Sequence record: OQ703618.1
From: Escherichia phage GADS24
Direction: 5' to 3' (one strand)
DNA length: 64,000 nucleotides
Below, piece by piece: positions 13,372 through 22,949 of this stretch. Position 1 is the stretch's first letter. Each line of letters opens with the position of its first letter. A program made the translations under genes and the position numbers. Below the pieces are notes generated by a model, which was not told the origin of the DNA, did no database searches, and saw only the letters and a program-made list of their open reading frames with translations.

Positions 13372-14940
13372 ATGACTACTATCAAAACTAAAGCTCAGCT
13401 CGTAGACAAATGGAAAGAACTGCTGGAAGGTGAAGGCCTGCCGGAAATCGCTAATAGCAAGCAGGCTATTATCGCTAAAATCTTCGAAAACCAGGAAAAA
13501 GATTTCGAAGTATCCCCTGAATATAAAGACGAGAAAATCGCTCAGGCATTTGGTTCTTTCTTGACCGAAGCTGAAATTGGTGGTGACCACGGTTATAATG
13601 CTCAGAACATCGCAGCAGGTCAAACCTCTGGTGCGGTAACCCAGATTGGGCCAGCAGTTATGGGTATGGTTCGTCGTGCTATTCCTAATCTGATCGCTTT
13701 TGATATTTGTGGTGTTCAGCCTATGAACAGCCCTACCGGTCAGGTATTTGCTCTCCGTGCAGTATATGGTAAAGACCCTATCGCTGCTGGCGCTAAAGAA
13801 GCTTTCCATCCGATGTATGCCCCAGACGCGATGTTCTCTGGTCAGGGTGCTGCTAAGAAATTCCCAGCTCTGGCTGCTGACACTACTACTGTTGTAGGTG
13901 ATATCTATACTCACTTCTTCCAAGAAACTGGTACTGTATATCTGCAAGCTTCTGCTATCGTAACACTTGATTCTGGTGCAACTGATGCAGCTAAATTAGA
14001 TGCAGAAGTTAAGAAACAAATGGAAGCTGGTGCACTGGTAGAAATCGCTGAAGGTATGGCTACTTCTATCGCTGAACTCCAGGAAGGTTTCAACGGTTCT
14101 ACCGATAACCCATGGAACGAAATGGGCTTCCGTATCGATAAACAAGTTATCGAAGCTAAATCTCGCCAGCTGAAAGCTGCTTACTCTATCGAATTAGCAC
14201 AAGACCTCCGTGCAGTACACGGTATGGATGCTGATGCTGAACTGAGCGGTATTCTTGCTACTGAAATTATGCTAGAAATCAACCGTGAAGTTGTTGATTG
14301 GATTAACTACTCGGCACAGGTTGGTAAATCTGGTATGACCCTGACTCCGGGTTCTAAAGCTGGCGTATTTGACTTCCAGGACCCGATTGATATCCGTGGT
14401 GCTCGTTGGGCCGGTGAAAGCTTTAAATCTCTGTTGTTCCAGATTGATAAAGAAGCAGTTGAAATTGCTCGTCAAACCGGTCGTGGTGAAGGTAACTTCA
14501 TTATCGCTTCCCGTAACGTAGTTAACGTACTGGCTTCAGTTGACACTGGTATTTCTTACGCTGCACAGGGTCTGGCTTCTGGTTTTAATACCGACACTAC
14601 TAAGTCCGTATTTGCCGGTGTACTTGGTGGTAAATACCGCGTATACATCGACCAGTATGCTAAACAGGATTACTTCACCGTTGGTTACAAAGGCGCTAAC
14701 GAAATGGATGCAGGTATTTACTATGCTCCTTACGTTGCACTTACCCCACTGCGTGGTTCCGATCCTAAGAACTTCCAGCCGGTAATGGGCTTTAAAACTC
14801 GTTACGGTATCGGTGTTAACCCGTTTGCTGAAAGTTCCCTGCAGGCTCCAGGTGCTCGCATCCAGTCCGGTATGCCGTCTATCCTGAACAGCCTTGGTAA
14901 GAACGCTTACTTCCGCCGTGTATATGTAAAAGGCATCTAA
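13372..14940 (+). CDS. 23: Major capsid protein
   Basis: 522 aa, closely matching my recollection of T4 gp23 along its length. Confidence 0.97.
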   Translation: MTTIKTKAQLVDKWKELLEGEGLPEIANSKQAIIAKIFENQEKDFEVSPEYKDEKIAQAFGSFLTEAEIGGDHGYNAQNIAAGQTSGAVTQIGPAVMGMVRRAIPNLIAFDICGVQPMNSPTGQVFALRAVYGKDPIAAGAKEAFHPMYAPDAMFSGQGAAKKFPALAADTTTVVGDIYTHFFQETGTVYLQASAIVTLDSGATDAAKLDAEVKKQMEAGALVEIAEGMATSIAELQEGFNGSTDNPWNEMGFRIDKQVIEAKSRQLKAAYSIELAQDLRAVHGMDADAELSGILATEIMLEINREVVDWINYSAQVGKSGMTLTPGSKAGVFDFQDPIDIRGARWAGESFKSLLFQIDKEAVEIARQTGRGEGNFIIASRNVVNVLASVDTGISYAAQGLASGFNTDTTKSVFAGVLGGKYRVYIDQYAKQDYFTVGYKGANEMDAGIYYAPYVALTPLRGSDPKNFQPVMGFKTRYGIGVNPFAESSLQAPGARIQSGMPSILNSLGKNAYFRRVYVKGI

Positions 14941-14964
14941 TCTTAATTGATTAAATCTTATTTT

Positions 14965-14982
14965 GGGAGACTTCGGTCTCCC
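14965..14982. terminator. Hairpin GGGAGAC-UUCG-GUCUCCC between gene 23 and the antisense ORF (bidirectional)
   Basis: 7-bp GC-rich stem with UUCG loop, T-run on the plus side. Confidence 0.7.
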
Positions 14983-14992
14983 ATTTTTGGTT

Positions 14993-15262
14993 TTATTTCT
15001 GTGCAATTTCAATGTAAGTTTTCAAAATATTTTGCCAATTAGGCATACCTTCTTGGACATATGCCGGAGAACCATCTTTGTTTTTGAATGACGCAAGTTT
15101 ATCAGTGGCCCAATAACCTTTAGCTCGAGCTTCGGAATCAACTTTCATCCATACTTTGTTGAAGGCATTACCATTAACTTTTGCACCATATTTTTCTACT
15201 AACTTAACTGCTTCAGCTTCCAGAACTTTTAAAGTATCTCGTAAGAAACGTGCTTTAGTCAT
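14993..15262 (-). CDS. Hypothetical 89-aa protein, antisense to the flanking capsid genes
   Basis: Intact ORF on the opposite strand between genes 23 and 24, preceded by an early-promoter-like element and followed by a hairpin terminator; no family recognised. Confidence 0.5.
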   Translation of the reverse strand: MTKARFLRDTLKVLEAEAVKLVEKYGAKVNGNAFNKVWMKVDSEARAKGYWATDKLASFKNKDGSPAYVQEGMPNWQNILKTYIEIAQK

Positions 15263-15292
15263 TTTGTTTACTCCTCTGTAGTTGATAAGTCT

Positions 15293-15322
15293 ATAGTATC
15301 ACATACCAAATACGTTGTAAAC
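15293..15322 (-). promoter_or_regulatory. Early-type promoter driving the antisense 89-aa ORF
   Basis: Minus strand GTTTAC, 17 nt, TGATACTAT, then GAGGAG ribosome-binding site. Confidence 0.6.
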
Positions 15323-15328
15323 AATCTT

Positions 15329-15336
15329 TATAAATA
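15329..15336 (+). promoter_or_regulatory. Late promoter TATAAATA for gene 24
   Basis: Exact motif about 28 nt upstream of the gene 24 ATG. Confidence 0.75.
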
Positions 15337-15363
15337 ATCTATATCACATAAGGAAAAAATGCA

Positions 15364-16647
15364 ATGAGTAAAATCCAAAAATTATTGCGTGAATCTACAA
15401 CGTCTACTAGCAACTCAGTTGGTCGCCCAAATCTCGTTGCTTTGACTCGCGCTACGACTAAATTAATATATTCTGACATTGTAGCAACACAAAGAACTAA
15501 TCAACCTGTTGCTGCTTTTTATGGTATCAAATATCTTAACCCAGATAACGAATTCACATTTAAAACTGGTGCTACTTATGCAGGCGAAGTTGGATATGTG
15601 GACCGAGAAAAAATTACTGAGCTCACAGAAGAATCAAAAGTCACACTAAATAAAGGCGATTTTTTCAAATATAATAATATCGTCTATAAAGTGTTAGAAG
15701 ATACACCATTTGCAGATATTCAAGAAAGTGATCTAGAATTAGCTCTTCAGATTGCAGTCGTTCATTTAAAGGTACGGTTATTTTCAGATGCAGCGGTAAC
15801 AAGCAAATTTGAAAGCTCTGATAGCGAAATTTCTGATGCAAGATTCCAGATTAATAAATGGCAAACTTCAGTCAAATCTCGTAAACTTAAAACCGGCCTC
15901 ACGGTTGAATTAGCGCAAGATTTGGAAGCGAATGGATTTGATGCCCCTAACTTCTTAGAAGATTTGCTTGCTACTGAAATGGCTGATGAAATTAATAAAG
16001 ATATCCTTCAGTCTTTAATTACTGTATCGAAACGTTATAAAGTTACTGGAATTACTGACACCGGATTTATTGACTTGAGCTATGCATCCGCTCCAGAAGC
16101 AGGTCGTTCATTATATCGAATGGTGTGTGAAATGGTATCACACATTCAAAAAGAGACAACTTATACTGCAACGTTTTGTGTAGCCTCAGCTCGTGCAGCT
16201 GCTATTCTTGCTGCTTCTGGTTGGTTAAAACATAAGCCAGAAGATGACAAGTATCTTTCACAAAATGCTTATGGATTCTTGGCAAATGGATTACCTCTTT
16301 ACTGCGATACCAACAGTCCGTTAGATTATGTTATTGTGGGTGTTGTAGAAAATATCGGCGAAAAAGAAATTGTAGGGTCCATCTTTTATGCTCCATACAC
16401 TGAAGGAGTAGATTTAGATGACCCGGAACATGTTGGTGCATTTAAAGTTGTAGTTGATCCAGAAAGCTTGCAACCGTCTATCGGATTATTGGTTAGATAT
16501 GCTTTATCAGCAAATCCTTACACAGTAGCAAAAGACGAAAAAGAAGCGAGAATAATTGATGGTGGGGACATGGATAAAATGGCAGGACGTTCAGACTTGT
16601 CTGTTTTACTCGGTGTTAAATTGCCTAAAATTATTATAGATGAATAA
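15364..16647 (+). CDS. 24: Capsid vertex protein
   Basis: 427 aa, same length as T4 gp24; late promoter TATAAATA upstream. Confidence 0.95.
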   Translation: MSKIQKLLRESTTSTSNSVGRPNLVALTRATTKLIYSDIVATQRTNQPVAAFYGIKYLNPDNEFTFKTGATYAGEVGYVDREKITELTEESKVTLNKGDFFKYNNIVYKVLEDTPFADIQESDLELALQIAVVHLKVRLFSDAAVTSKFESSDSEISDARFQINKWQTSVKSRKLKTGLTVELAQDLEANGFDAPNFLEDLLATEMADEINKDILQSLITVSKRYKVTGITDTGFIDLSYASAPEAGRSLYRMVCEMVSHIQKETTYTATFCVASARAAAILAASGWLKHKPEDDKYLSQNAYGFLANGLPLYCDTNSPLDYVIVGVVENIGEKEIVGSIFYAPYTEGVDLDDPEHVGAFKVVVDPESLQPSIGLLVRYALSANPYTVAKDEKEARIIDGGDMDKMAGRSDLSVLLGVKLPKIIIDE

Positions 16648-16657
16648 ACAAAAAAAA

Positions 16658-16673
16658 GGGACCGTAAGGTCCC
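16658..16673. terminator. Bidirectional hairpin GGGACC-GUAA-GGUCCC between gene 24 and rnlB
   Basis: A-run upstream and T-run downstream of a 6-bp stem. Confidence 0.75.
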
Positions 16674-16681
16674 TTTTTTTG

Positions 16682-17680
16682 TTATGATACTAATTCAATC
16701 CATGCAGGACGCAGAACATCTTGCACCATTCGGACTAATTCTTTCTTAACAAGATTCGGATTATCAGATGATGTTAATACAATACCTTCACGAGAAGTTT
16801 CTTCCAGAATATCTTGAACAGTCAATCCCATCACTTTACCAAAATCTTTTGGCGTTACAGTCCCAATCTTAGAAATCACATTATTAACACGATTTAATGT
16901 AACATAACAAGCTAGAACATCAAGCAAGTTTTTGTCAATTTCGGTTAATGGAACCTGAGTTTTAACAGGCTTATCAGACTTTTTCTTTTCACTGAATTTA
17001 GAGTTCTTGCACTTAATAGCTACACGAGTACCGTTTGGCAGCCATTTAGGGAAACAAGGCTTCAGAACATAACCTTCTGCAGTATTATCACCAATAACAT
17101 TAGCATCAAATACGCAATTATTTGCTTCGACAAGGTCTTCTGACGCAGTAGCATTATAAGCGGCTAAGACAGAATCAAGGTCGTTTGGAATCATGATAAG
17201 AGCATCAAATGTGCCACGTCCAAGCATTGGTGCCATTTTAAAACCGAATTCATTACAGAAATCTTGCATTTCGTAATCGGTCAAATACGTATTATCACCA
17301 CTTTCTGTATTGATAAGGATATCGAACACATAAAAATCTTTTTCACCGTAGTCAACACCTTTCTGGATTCCACCACCAGCGAATTCACCGAATACTTGAT
17401 ATGATACTGCTCGAGCCGTGTGCATGAATTCCTGAACGGCTTTAATAGCTTTATCATACTTCTTGAGTACGATTTCATAACCATAAAAATCTTCTGCTGG
17501 AAGAATAGGGCCTGTGCGCTTGGCGCATGTGACGTTGTCACGTTCAATTATTAACGAGAAGTTAGTCCCATGGATTTTCTCACGTGCTACCCAAACACCA
17601 GTAGTCAAACCATTAGTGTAGAGTTTTTCAATAAACTTAGAGTTGTAGTGGTTTTCAAGACTGCTGTATTTCTTAAACAT
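16682..17680 (-). CDS. rnlB: RNA ligase 2
   Basis: 332 aa with nucleotidyltransferase motif I KIHGTN; position after gene 24 as in T4. Confidence 0.9.
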   Translation of the reverse strand: MFKKYSSLENHYNSKFIEKLYTNGLTTGVWVAREKIHGTNFSLIIERDNVTCAKRTGPILPAEDFYGYEIVLKKYDKAIKAVQEFMHTARAVSYQVFGEFAGGGIQKGVDYGEKDFYVFDILINTESGDNTYLTDYEMQDFCNEFGFKMAPMLGRGTFDALIMIPNDLDSVLAAYNATASEDLVEANNCVFDANVIGDNTAEGYVLKPCFPKWLPNGTRVAIKCKNSKFSEKKKSDKPVKTQVPLTEIDKNLLDVLACYVTLNRVNNVISKIGTVTPKDFGKVMGLTVQDILEETSREGIVLTSSDNPNLVKKELVRMVQDVLRPAWIELVS

Positions 17681-17768
17681 AAATCACCATTATAAATAAT
17701 ATCAAAATAATTAGCAGAGACTCTGTCTCTGACCCGATGTTTAATTTGAATGGGTATAACCTAGATTC

Positions 17769-17794
17769 ATTATACCATCAAAAAATGTAAAGCA
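17769..17794 (-). promoter_or_regulatory. MotA-type middle promoter upstream of rnlB
   Basis: Minus strand reads TGCTTTA, 13 nt, TATAAT. Confidence 0.6.
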
Positions 17795-17796
17795 TA

Positions 17797-18048
17797 TTAG
17801 AACTTGATTTCTATCCAATGACCATCACGCTGGTCGTGATTAATTTTATACTGAAAGCCATTATCACGTAACCACTGCCCGACTTGCTCGGTGATAGTTA
17901 AATCATTCTTTGATGGATAGTACGTGAATTGTGTCTGACCTTTGTCAGCGGCTTTCTCTGCCATCACAGAGAAGTTAGTAATAAAATCACTCAACAAATT
18001 AGCTTTAGTGGCCAGAGCCCTTTCTCTTAATTCCTGTGCAAAACTCAT
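17797..18048 (-). CDS. Hypothetical protein (T4 24.2-like position)
   Basis: 83-aa ORF in the syntenic position. Confidence 0.6.
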   Translation of the reverse strand: MSFAQELRERALATKANLLSDFITNFSVMAEKAADKGQTQFTYYPSKNDLTITEQVGQWLRDNGFQYKINHDQRDGHWIEIKF

Positions 18049-18251
18049 TTCTTCACCTTTTTGTTAATCAAACGTTTACGGTATACAACTTTTTCTTTTG
18101 CTTTAAACTTTGACCGAGCTGTCTCGGCTTTAGTCCATAGTAATCCAACTTCTTTAGGTTGTAAACCAATTTTTTGAGCAATTTCTACGAATGAAAATCC
18201 CGCCTCGTGTAATGTATAAACTTCAACTTCAGCTCTCATAATCAATCCCAT
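18045..18251 (-). CDS. Hypothetical small protein, possibly helix-turn-helix (T4 24.3-like position)
   Basis: 68-aa ORF overlapping the upstream gene; basic C-terminus. Confidence 0.55.
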   Translation of the reverse strand: MGLIMRAEVEVYTLHEAGFSFVEIAQKIGLQPKEVGLLWTKAETARSKFKAKEKVVYRKRLINKKVKK

Positions 18252-18320
18252 ATTATTTGGTTTGTGCCATTATATACATCAATCTCAAGTTGTGTTTTGT
18301 ATGCTTTAAAAACGAAGAAA

Positions 18321-18334
18321 GGGGCCGAAGCCCC
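18321..18334 (-). terminator. Hairpin GGGGC-CGAA-GCCCC downstream of hoc
   Basis: 5-bp GC stem with tetraloop. Confidence 0.5.
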
Positions 18335-18340
18335 TTACGA

Positions 18341-19471
18341 TTATGGATATGTATAGATGATACCAGTTTCCAAAGCAGTTTTATGGATGATGTATCCATT
18401 ACGTGATTCTTGAACATCAACTTCCGGATAATCTTTCATCATCTTCTGAAGCGTGTAACGATGCAAGTAGTACTTACTATCTGGATCTTCAGTTTTCCAA
18501 TCTTTACCTTCTTCAGCCATTTTTTGGATTTCATCCATAACCCACCATCCGCACCAGATGTAAGCTGAAGTACGATGTGGAAGAGGATGAACATAAGGTA
18601 GTTCACCTTCTGGTTCTGGAGCAACTTTATCAGTTACCTGAACTTGACCTTCTGCTGTAATAGTTTTGCTATCGTAATCAGTTGCTGTAATAGTTGCAGT
18701 AACTTCAATAGTTTGACTTCCAATAGATGAGGTATCAACAGTATATACATTAGTTGACCCTTCTACAGGAGAAGAATCTTTCTTCCACGAGTAAGTAATT
18801 TGTGCTGCGTCAGGTGCGCCAGTCACATTAGCCGTAAATGTAGCCGAAGCATCTTGTTGAACATTAATAGAAGGAGGAGTCAATGTAATCTGTGGATTCA
18901 TTGTCTTCTTATTAACAGTCAGTGATACTTCATTAGAAGTAACGCTCAGCGCATCATAATTTGCTGCAGTTACTTGAGCTACACACTTGATTTTTTTAAC
19001 TCCGCTTGTGGCAGGAGTGTAATTGAATGTAGCGCTAGTCGCTTCGCTCACAGGAGAATCGTCAACATACCATTGATACGTAGCAGATGCACCTGATGGC
19101 TGCGAAGCCAAAGCAGCAGTAAATTTAACAGCTGTTCCAATTACTCCTGCTGGAGGACTATTGGGAGTTACGGCTAATGTAGTCGTCTGGGTTTTGTTTT
19201 TGACTGTAATAGTTGTACTAATTTCAGCTGTTTCAGCTTCACTGTCAGGAACTGGATTTGTTGCAACTACTTTAATAGTTTTTTGTCCAGCAGGACCCTT
19301 TAATACATAACTAAAAGTTGCTGATGTTTCTTCCTGTGGAGCACCGTCTACAGTCCAAGCATATGTAATAGGACCATCTCCAGTTTGACCGCTGGGTGTA
19401 GCAGTAAACTGCTTAGTCTGATCTATAACTCCAGTAGGCGTTTTAGGAGTTATATCAACTGTAAAAGCCAT
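18341..19471 (-). CDS. hoc: Highly immunogenic outer capsid protein (Ig-like repeats)
   Basis: 376 aa, same length as T4 Hoc; repeated Ig-like segments rich in T/S/V. Confidence 0.9.
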   Translation of the reverse strand: MAFTVDITPKTPTGVIDQTKQFTATPSGQTGDGPITYAWTVDGAPQEETSATFSYVLKGPAGQKTIKVVATNPVPDSEAETAEISTTITVKNKTQTTTLAVTPNSPPAGVIGTAVKFTAALASQPSGASATYQWYVDDSPVSEATSATFNYTPATSGVKKIKCVAQVTAANYDALSVTSNEVSLTVNKKTMNPQITLTPPSINVQQDASATFTANVTGAPDAAQITYSWKKDSSPVEGSTNVYTVDTSSIGSQTIEVTATITATDYDSKTITAEGQVQVTDKVAPEPEGELPYVHPLPHRTSAYIWCGWWVMDEIQKMAEEGKDWKTEDPDSKYYLHRYTLQKMMKDYPEVDVQESRNGYIIHKTALETGIIYTYP

Positions 19472-19480
19472 AAGTTATCC

Positions 19481-20149
19481 TTATTTTAATGTTACGAAAG
19501 AAGAATTACGAGTTTCACGAATTAGAACTGATCCATCGCGATTAATATAATAAATTAAGCTAAATAATGTTTGGTGTGCAGACGCATGTTCAAAACTGGT
19601 TGGGCGAGATTTCCAATCAGGTGTTTCGGCTATCCATTGATAAATCCACCAAGGAACAGTAACATACCCTGGGCCTTTGCCTAATTTAATGAGTGTAGGA
19701 CTAAAATTTTCAGGCAGAACAAAATTTACTTCTTTATTTACTTCTGGCTCAGGCTCTTTTTCAGATTCAACAACCTGAGTAATTGCTTCTTCGAATTTAT
19801 CATGGTCGAATTCTTTTTCTTGTTCGACAACTTCTAATACTTCAACTTGTTCTGTTGGAGAATCAAACAACAGAATAGCTTCTTCTTTAACTTCTTCGTT
19901 GGTGAAATTAACACCGTCCACATCATCTGCGGCAGTAATTAAATCAGTGATAGATAATCCATCAGTTTCAGGTAATGGTTCATTAGCCAGTGCGTTAAGA
20001 GCTTCTTCGATATCAATAACAATATTATCGAATGATTTTGTTTTCTTAACACTAATACCAAATTGTGCCGCGTATTCAAACAGTTTAGCTTTGGCTTCCT
20101 TTTTATCAGAAAGAGCACGTAACTCTTCAATATAGTCTTTATCGATCAT
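19481..20149 (-). CDS. inh: Inhibitor of prohead protease
   Basis: 222 aa, acidic; position between hoc and uvsW as in T4. Confidence 0.8.
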   Translation of the reverse strand: MIDKDYIEELRALSDKKEAKAKLFEYAAQFGISVKKTKSFDNIVIDIEEALNALANEPLPETDGLSITDLITAADDVDGVNFTNEEVKEEAILLFDSPTEQVEVLEVVEQEKEFDHDKFEEAITQVVESEKEPEPEVNKEVNFVLPENFSPTLIKLGKGPGYVTVPWWIYQWIAETPDWKSRPTSFEHASAHQTLFSLIYYINRDGSVLIRETRNSSFVTLK

Positions 20150-20162
20150 GGTATTTCCTCAT

Positions 20163-20170
20163 TATAAATA
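20163..20170 (+). promoter_or_regulatory. Late promoter TATAAATA for uvsW
   Basis: Exact motif within ATTATAAATATAACTATA. Confidence 0.7.
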
Positions 20171-20199
20171 TAACTATATTTATTACATGGTAATTTGAC

Positions 20200-21714
20200 A
20201 TGACTGACATTAAAGTACATTTTTATGATTTTAGTCACGTGCGCATTGAATGCGACGAAAGTACGTTTTACGAACTTCGTGACTTTTTTAGCTTTGAAGC
20301 TGACGGGTATAAATTTAACCCAAAATATCGCTATGGGCAATGGGATGGTAGAATTCGACTTTTAGATTACAATCGTTTGTTACCATATGGGCTTGTAGGA
20401 CAAATAAAAAAGTTCTGTAACAATATGAGTTATTCTGTATGGATTGACCCTAAAATCTTTGAGACCGAAGACCTTACCAGGGAAGATTTTGACGCATGGC
20501 TTTCTAAACAAGAAATTTATTCGGGCAACTCCAAAATCGAACCACATTGGTATCAAAAAGATGCAGTATATGAAGGATTAGTTAATCGTCGTCGAATTTT
20601 AAACCTTCCGACATCAGCAGGTAAATCACTAATCCAAGCACTTTTAGCTCGATATTATCTAGAGAACTATGAAGGTAAAATTCTCATTATCGTCCCTACA
20701 ACAGCATTGACAACCCAGATGGCTAATGATTTTGTTGATTATCGCTTGTTTAGCCATTCGATGATTAAGAAAATTGGCGGCGGTGCTGATAAAGCGGACA
20801 GAGCTAAAAACGACGCTCCAATTATTGTTGGCACATGGCAAACGGTAGTTAAGCAGCCTAAAGAATGGTTCTCTCAGTTCGGTATGATGATGAACGATGA
20901 ATGCCACTTAGCAACAGGCAAAAGTATTTCTTCAATCATCTCTGGATTAAATAATTGCATGTTTAAATTCGGTTTATCTGGCTCATTAAGAGACGGAAAA
21001 GCCAACGTAATGCAGTACGTAGGTATGTTCGGCGAAATCTTCCGTCCTGTTAGCACGTCTAAATTAATGGAAGACGGGCAGGTAACTGAGCTTAAGATTA
21101 ATAGTATTTTCCTTCGTTATCCGGACGAATTCACCGTTAAATTAAAAGGTAAAACATACCAAGAAGAAGTTAAAATTATTACCGGACTAAAACGACGTAC
21201 AAAGTGGATTGCTCAACTTTCAGTCAAATTGGCTAAGAAAGACGAGAACGCCTTTGTAATGTTTAAACACGTTACGCACGGTAAAGAAATATTTGAAGCT
21301 ATTAAAGAGCTTGGATACGAAAAAGTTTATTACGTATCAGGTGAAGTTGATACTGAAACACGTAACGCGCTTAAAGTCATGGCAGAAAATGGCAAAGGCA
21401 TTATTATTGTCGCATCATATGGAGTATTCTCTACTGGTATTTCAGTCAAGAATCTTCATCATGTTATTTTCGCCCATGGTGTTAAATCAAAAATTATCGT
21501 ACTTCAAACCGTAGGTCGCGTGCTTCGTAAGCATGGGTCTAAAGCTGTTGCTACAGTTTGGGATCTCATCGATGACGCAGGTGTAAAACCTAAATCATTA
21601 AATACTAAAAAGAAGTATACTCATCTTAATTACTTGTTAAAACACGGTATTGATCGTATCCAACGTTACGCTGATGAGAAATTTAACTATGTAATGAAAA
21701 CAATTAATTTATAA
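20200..21714 (+). CDS. uvsW: UvsW DNA/RNA helicase
   Basis: 504 aa; helicase Walker A-type motif PTSAGKS; late promoter upstream. Confidence 0.92.
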   Translation: MTDIKVHFYDFSHVRIECDESTFYELRDFFSFEADGYKFNPKYRYGQWDGRIRLLDYNRLLPYGLVGQIKKFCNNMSYSVWIDPKIFETEDLTREDFDAWLSKQEIYSGNSKIEPHWYQKDAVYEGLVNRRRILNLPTSAGKSLIQALLARYYLENYEGKILIIVPTTALTTQMANDFVDYRLFSHSMIKKIGGGADKADRAKNDAPIIVGTWQTVVKQPKEWFSQFGMMMNDECHLATGKSISSIISGLNNCMFKFGLSGSLRDGKANVMQYVGMFGEIFRPVSTSKLMEDGQVTELKINSIFLRYPDEFTVKLKGKTYQEEVKIITGLKRRTKWIAQLSVKLAKKDENAFVMFKHVTHGKEIFEAIKELGYEKVYYVSGEVDTETRNALKVMAENGKGIIIVASYGVFSTGISVKNLHHVIFAHGVKSKIIVLQTVGRVLRKHGSKAVATVWDLIDDAGVKPKSLNTKKKYTHLNYLLKHGIDRIQRYADEKFNYVMKTINL

Positions 21715-21739
21715 GGGCTTCGGCCCTTAGGAGATAAAA

Positions 21740-21973
21740 ATGGTACTTGAATTTAAACAATTTTTATACGAAGCATCTATTGACGAATTCATGGGTAAAA
21801 TTGCTAGTTGTCATACCTTAGAAGGGCTTGAAGAATTGGAAGCTTATTATAAGAAACGTATAAAAGAAACGGAATTAAAAGATACAGATGATATTTCTGT
21901 CAGGGATGCCTTAGCAGGTAAGCGTGCCGAACTTGAAGGCGACGATGATGAGGATGAGGAAGAAGACTTCTAA
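21740..21973 (+). CDS. uvsW.1: UvsW.1 small acidic protein
   Basis: 77 aa directly downstream of uvsW, separated by a short hairpin; acidic C-terminus. Confidence 0.8.
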   Translation: MVLEFKQFLYEASIDEFMGKIASCHTLEGLEELEAYYKKRIKETELKDTDDISVRDALAGKRAELEGDDDEDEEEDF

Positions 21974-22030
21974 TTAAAAAAAGGCCCGACCTTTTTGGAA
22001 GGGCCAAAACCATAGGCAAAAAAGGTAACA

Positions 22031-22198
22031 CTATAGTAAAAGTTGGGTTTCGTTCAATTGCTCTTCTGAACTTTCTGAAACCGGCATTTGTTGGACATAA
22101 TTATAACAAGGCCCAGGATGTGCCGGACCTTTGTCTGTTTCAACAACCAATGCAGAATCGATTGGAGTTTTACAGACAACACAAATCTTATCTGACAT
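22031..22198 (-). CDS. Small Cys-containing protein (uvsY.-2-like), 55 aa
   Basis: ORF translated by hand (MSDKICVVCKTPIDS...CYNYV...); below the 60-aa cutoff of the supplied ORF track. Confidence 0.5.
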   Translation of the reverse strand: MSDKICVVCKTPIDSALVVETDKGPAHPGPCYNYVQQMPVSESSEEQLNETQLLL

Positions 22199-22230
22199 GA
22201 TTGCCTCCTAAGTTGAAATTACATATCTAT

Positions 22231-22455
22231 TTATACCACTCGCATGCACATATCGATACCCATATCTTTTGTATAAAAATACTCGTCGATGTATCCAGCA
22301 AACTTCCCTTTAATATAAAGGACGTCTTCGCCACAAGGATGGTCTGCCAGAATACGAATATCCTGGCGACGTAGACGATACTTTTCCATTAAGAATTTAA
22401 TTTCGGTTTCAAATTCTTCATCATTATTAAAGGCATCTTCAATTGAATAACGCAT
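22231..22455 (-). CDS. Hypothetical protein (uvsY.-1-like)
   Basis: 74 aa; its ATG overlaps the uvsY stop (TAATG). Confidence 0.6.
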   Translation of the reverse strand: MRYSIEDAFNNDEEFETEIKFLMEKYRLRRQDIRILADHPCGEDVLYIKGKFAGYIDEYFYTKDMGIDMCMRVV

Positions 22456-22868
22456 TATTGCCCCGCTTCAAATTCTCGCATATCTTGGATATGTTTAAGT
22501 GCAAAACTACGAGACTTAACTGCGTCAAGTGCACCACTACAGAACTCAAGTAAAATTCCCCAGTATTGTAAAGTAGTCTCTATTTTAAGCACATCTTTAT
22601 CTGCAGCCAGGACAGTTTTCATTTCAGATTTCTCGTATCGGTCCATACTGAATTCATCACCGTCACCTCGTCCCGAGTAGTAGTCTAATCTTGCTTTTAG
22701 AGCAGTTTTCTTCTGAGTCTCTATACGCAACATTTCTTTACGAATAAATGAATGCTTACGTAGCCATTTGCTGTATAACTTAACATTATTCGCCGTCTCA
22801 TATTGCAACTTTGTCGTATCAATAGCTAAGTCTGCGTCTAACTCTTCCTGTAAATCTTCCAGCTTCAT
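22455..22868 (-). CDS. uvsY: UvsY recombination mediator
   Basis: Internal Met of the 164-aa ORF gives 137 aa (MKLEDLQEEL...), the T4 UvsY length; MotA-type middle promoter upstream. Confidence 0.85.
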   Translation of the reverse strand: MKLEDLQEELDADLAIDTTKLQYETANNVKLYSKWLRKHSFIRKEMLRIETQKKTALKARLDYYSGRGDGDEFSMDRYEKSEMKTVLAADKDVLKIETTLQYWGILLEFCSGALDAVKSRSFALKHIQDMREFEAGQ

Positions 22869-22923
22869 AATGTTCTCTCTTTTAACTAATAATCTCCCGG
22901 CTGTATCGGAAGGACCTAAAACC

Positions 22924-22949
22924 ATTATACATAGGTTGCCTTGAAGCAT
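22924..22949 (-). promoter_or_regulatory. MotA-dependent middle promoter of uvsY
   Basis: Minus strand reads aATGCTTCA (MotA box), 13 nt, TATAAT. Confidence 0.7.

Noticed and set aside
12118-15012. Antisense ORFs inside genes 21, 22 and 23 (for example 12118-12549, 12703-13047, 13363-13947, 14536-15012 on the minus strand)
   Set aside because: They lie wholly within highly conserved structural genes on the opposite strand, with biased low-complexity translations; shadow ORFs
22455-22949. 164-aa extended form of uvsY
   Set aside because: The upstream extension overlaps gene 25 and the middle promoter; the internal Met yields the 137-aa T4-length UvsY
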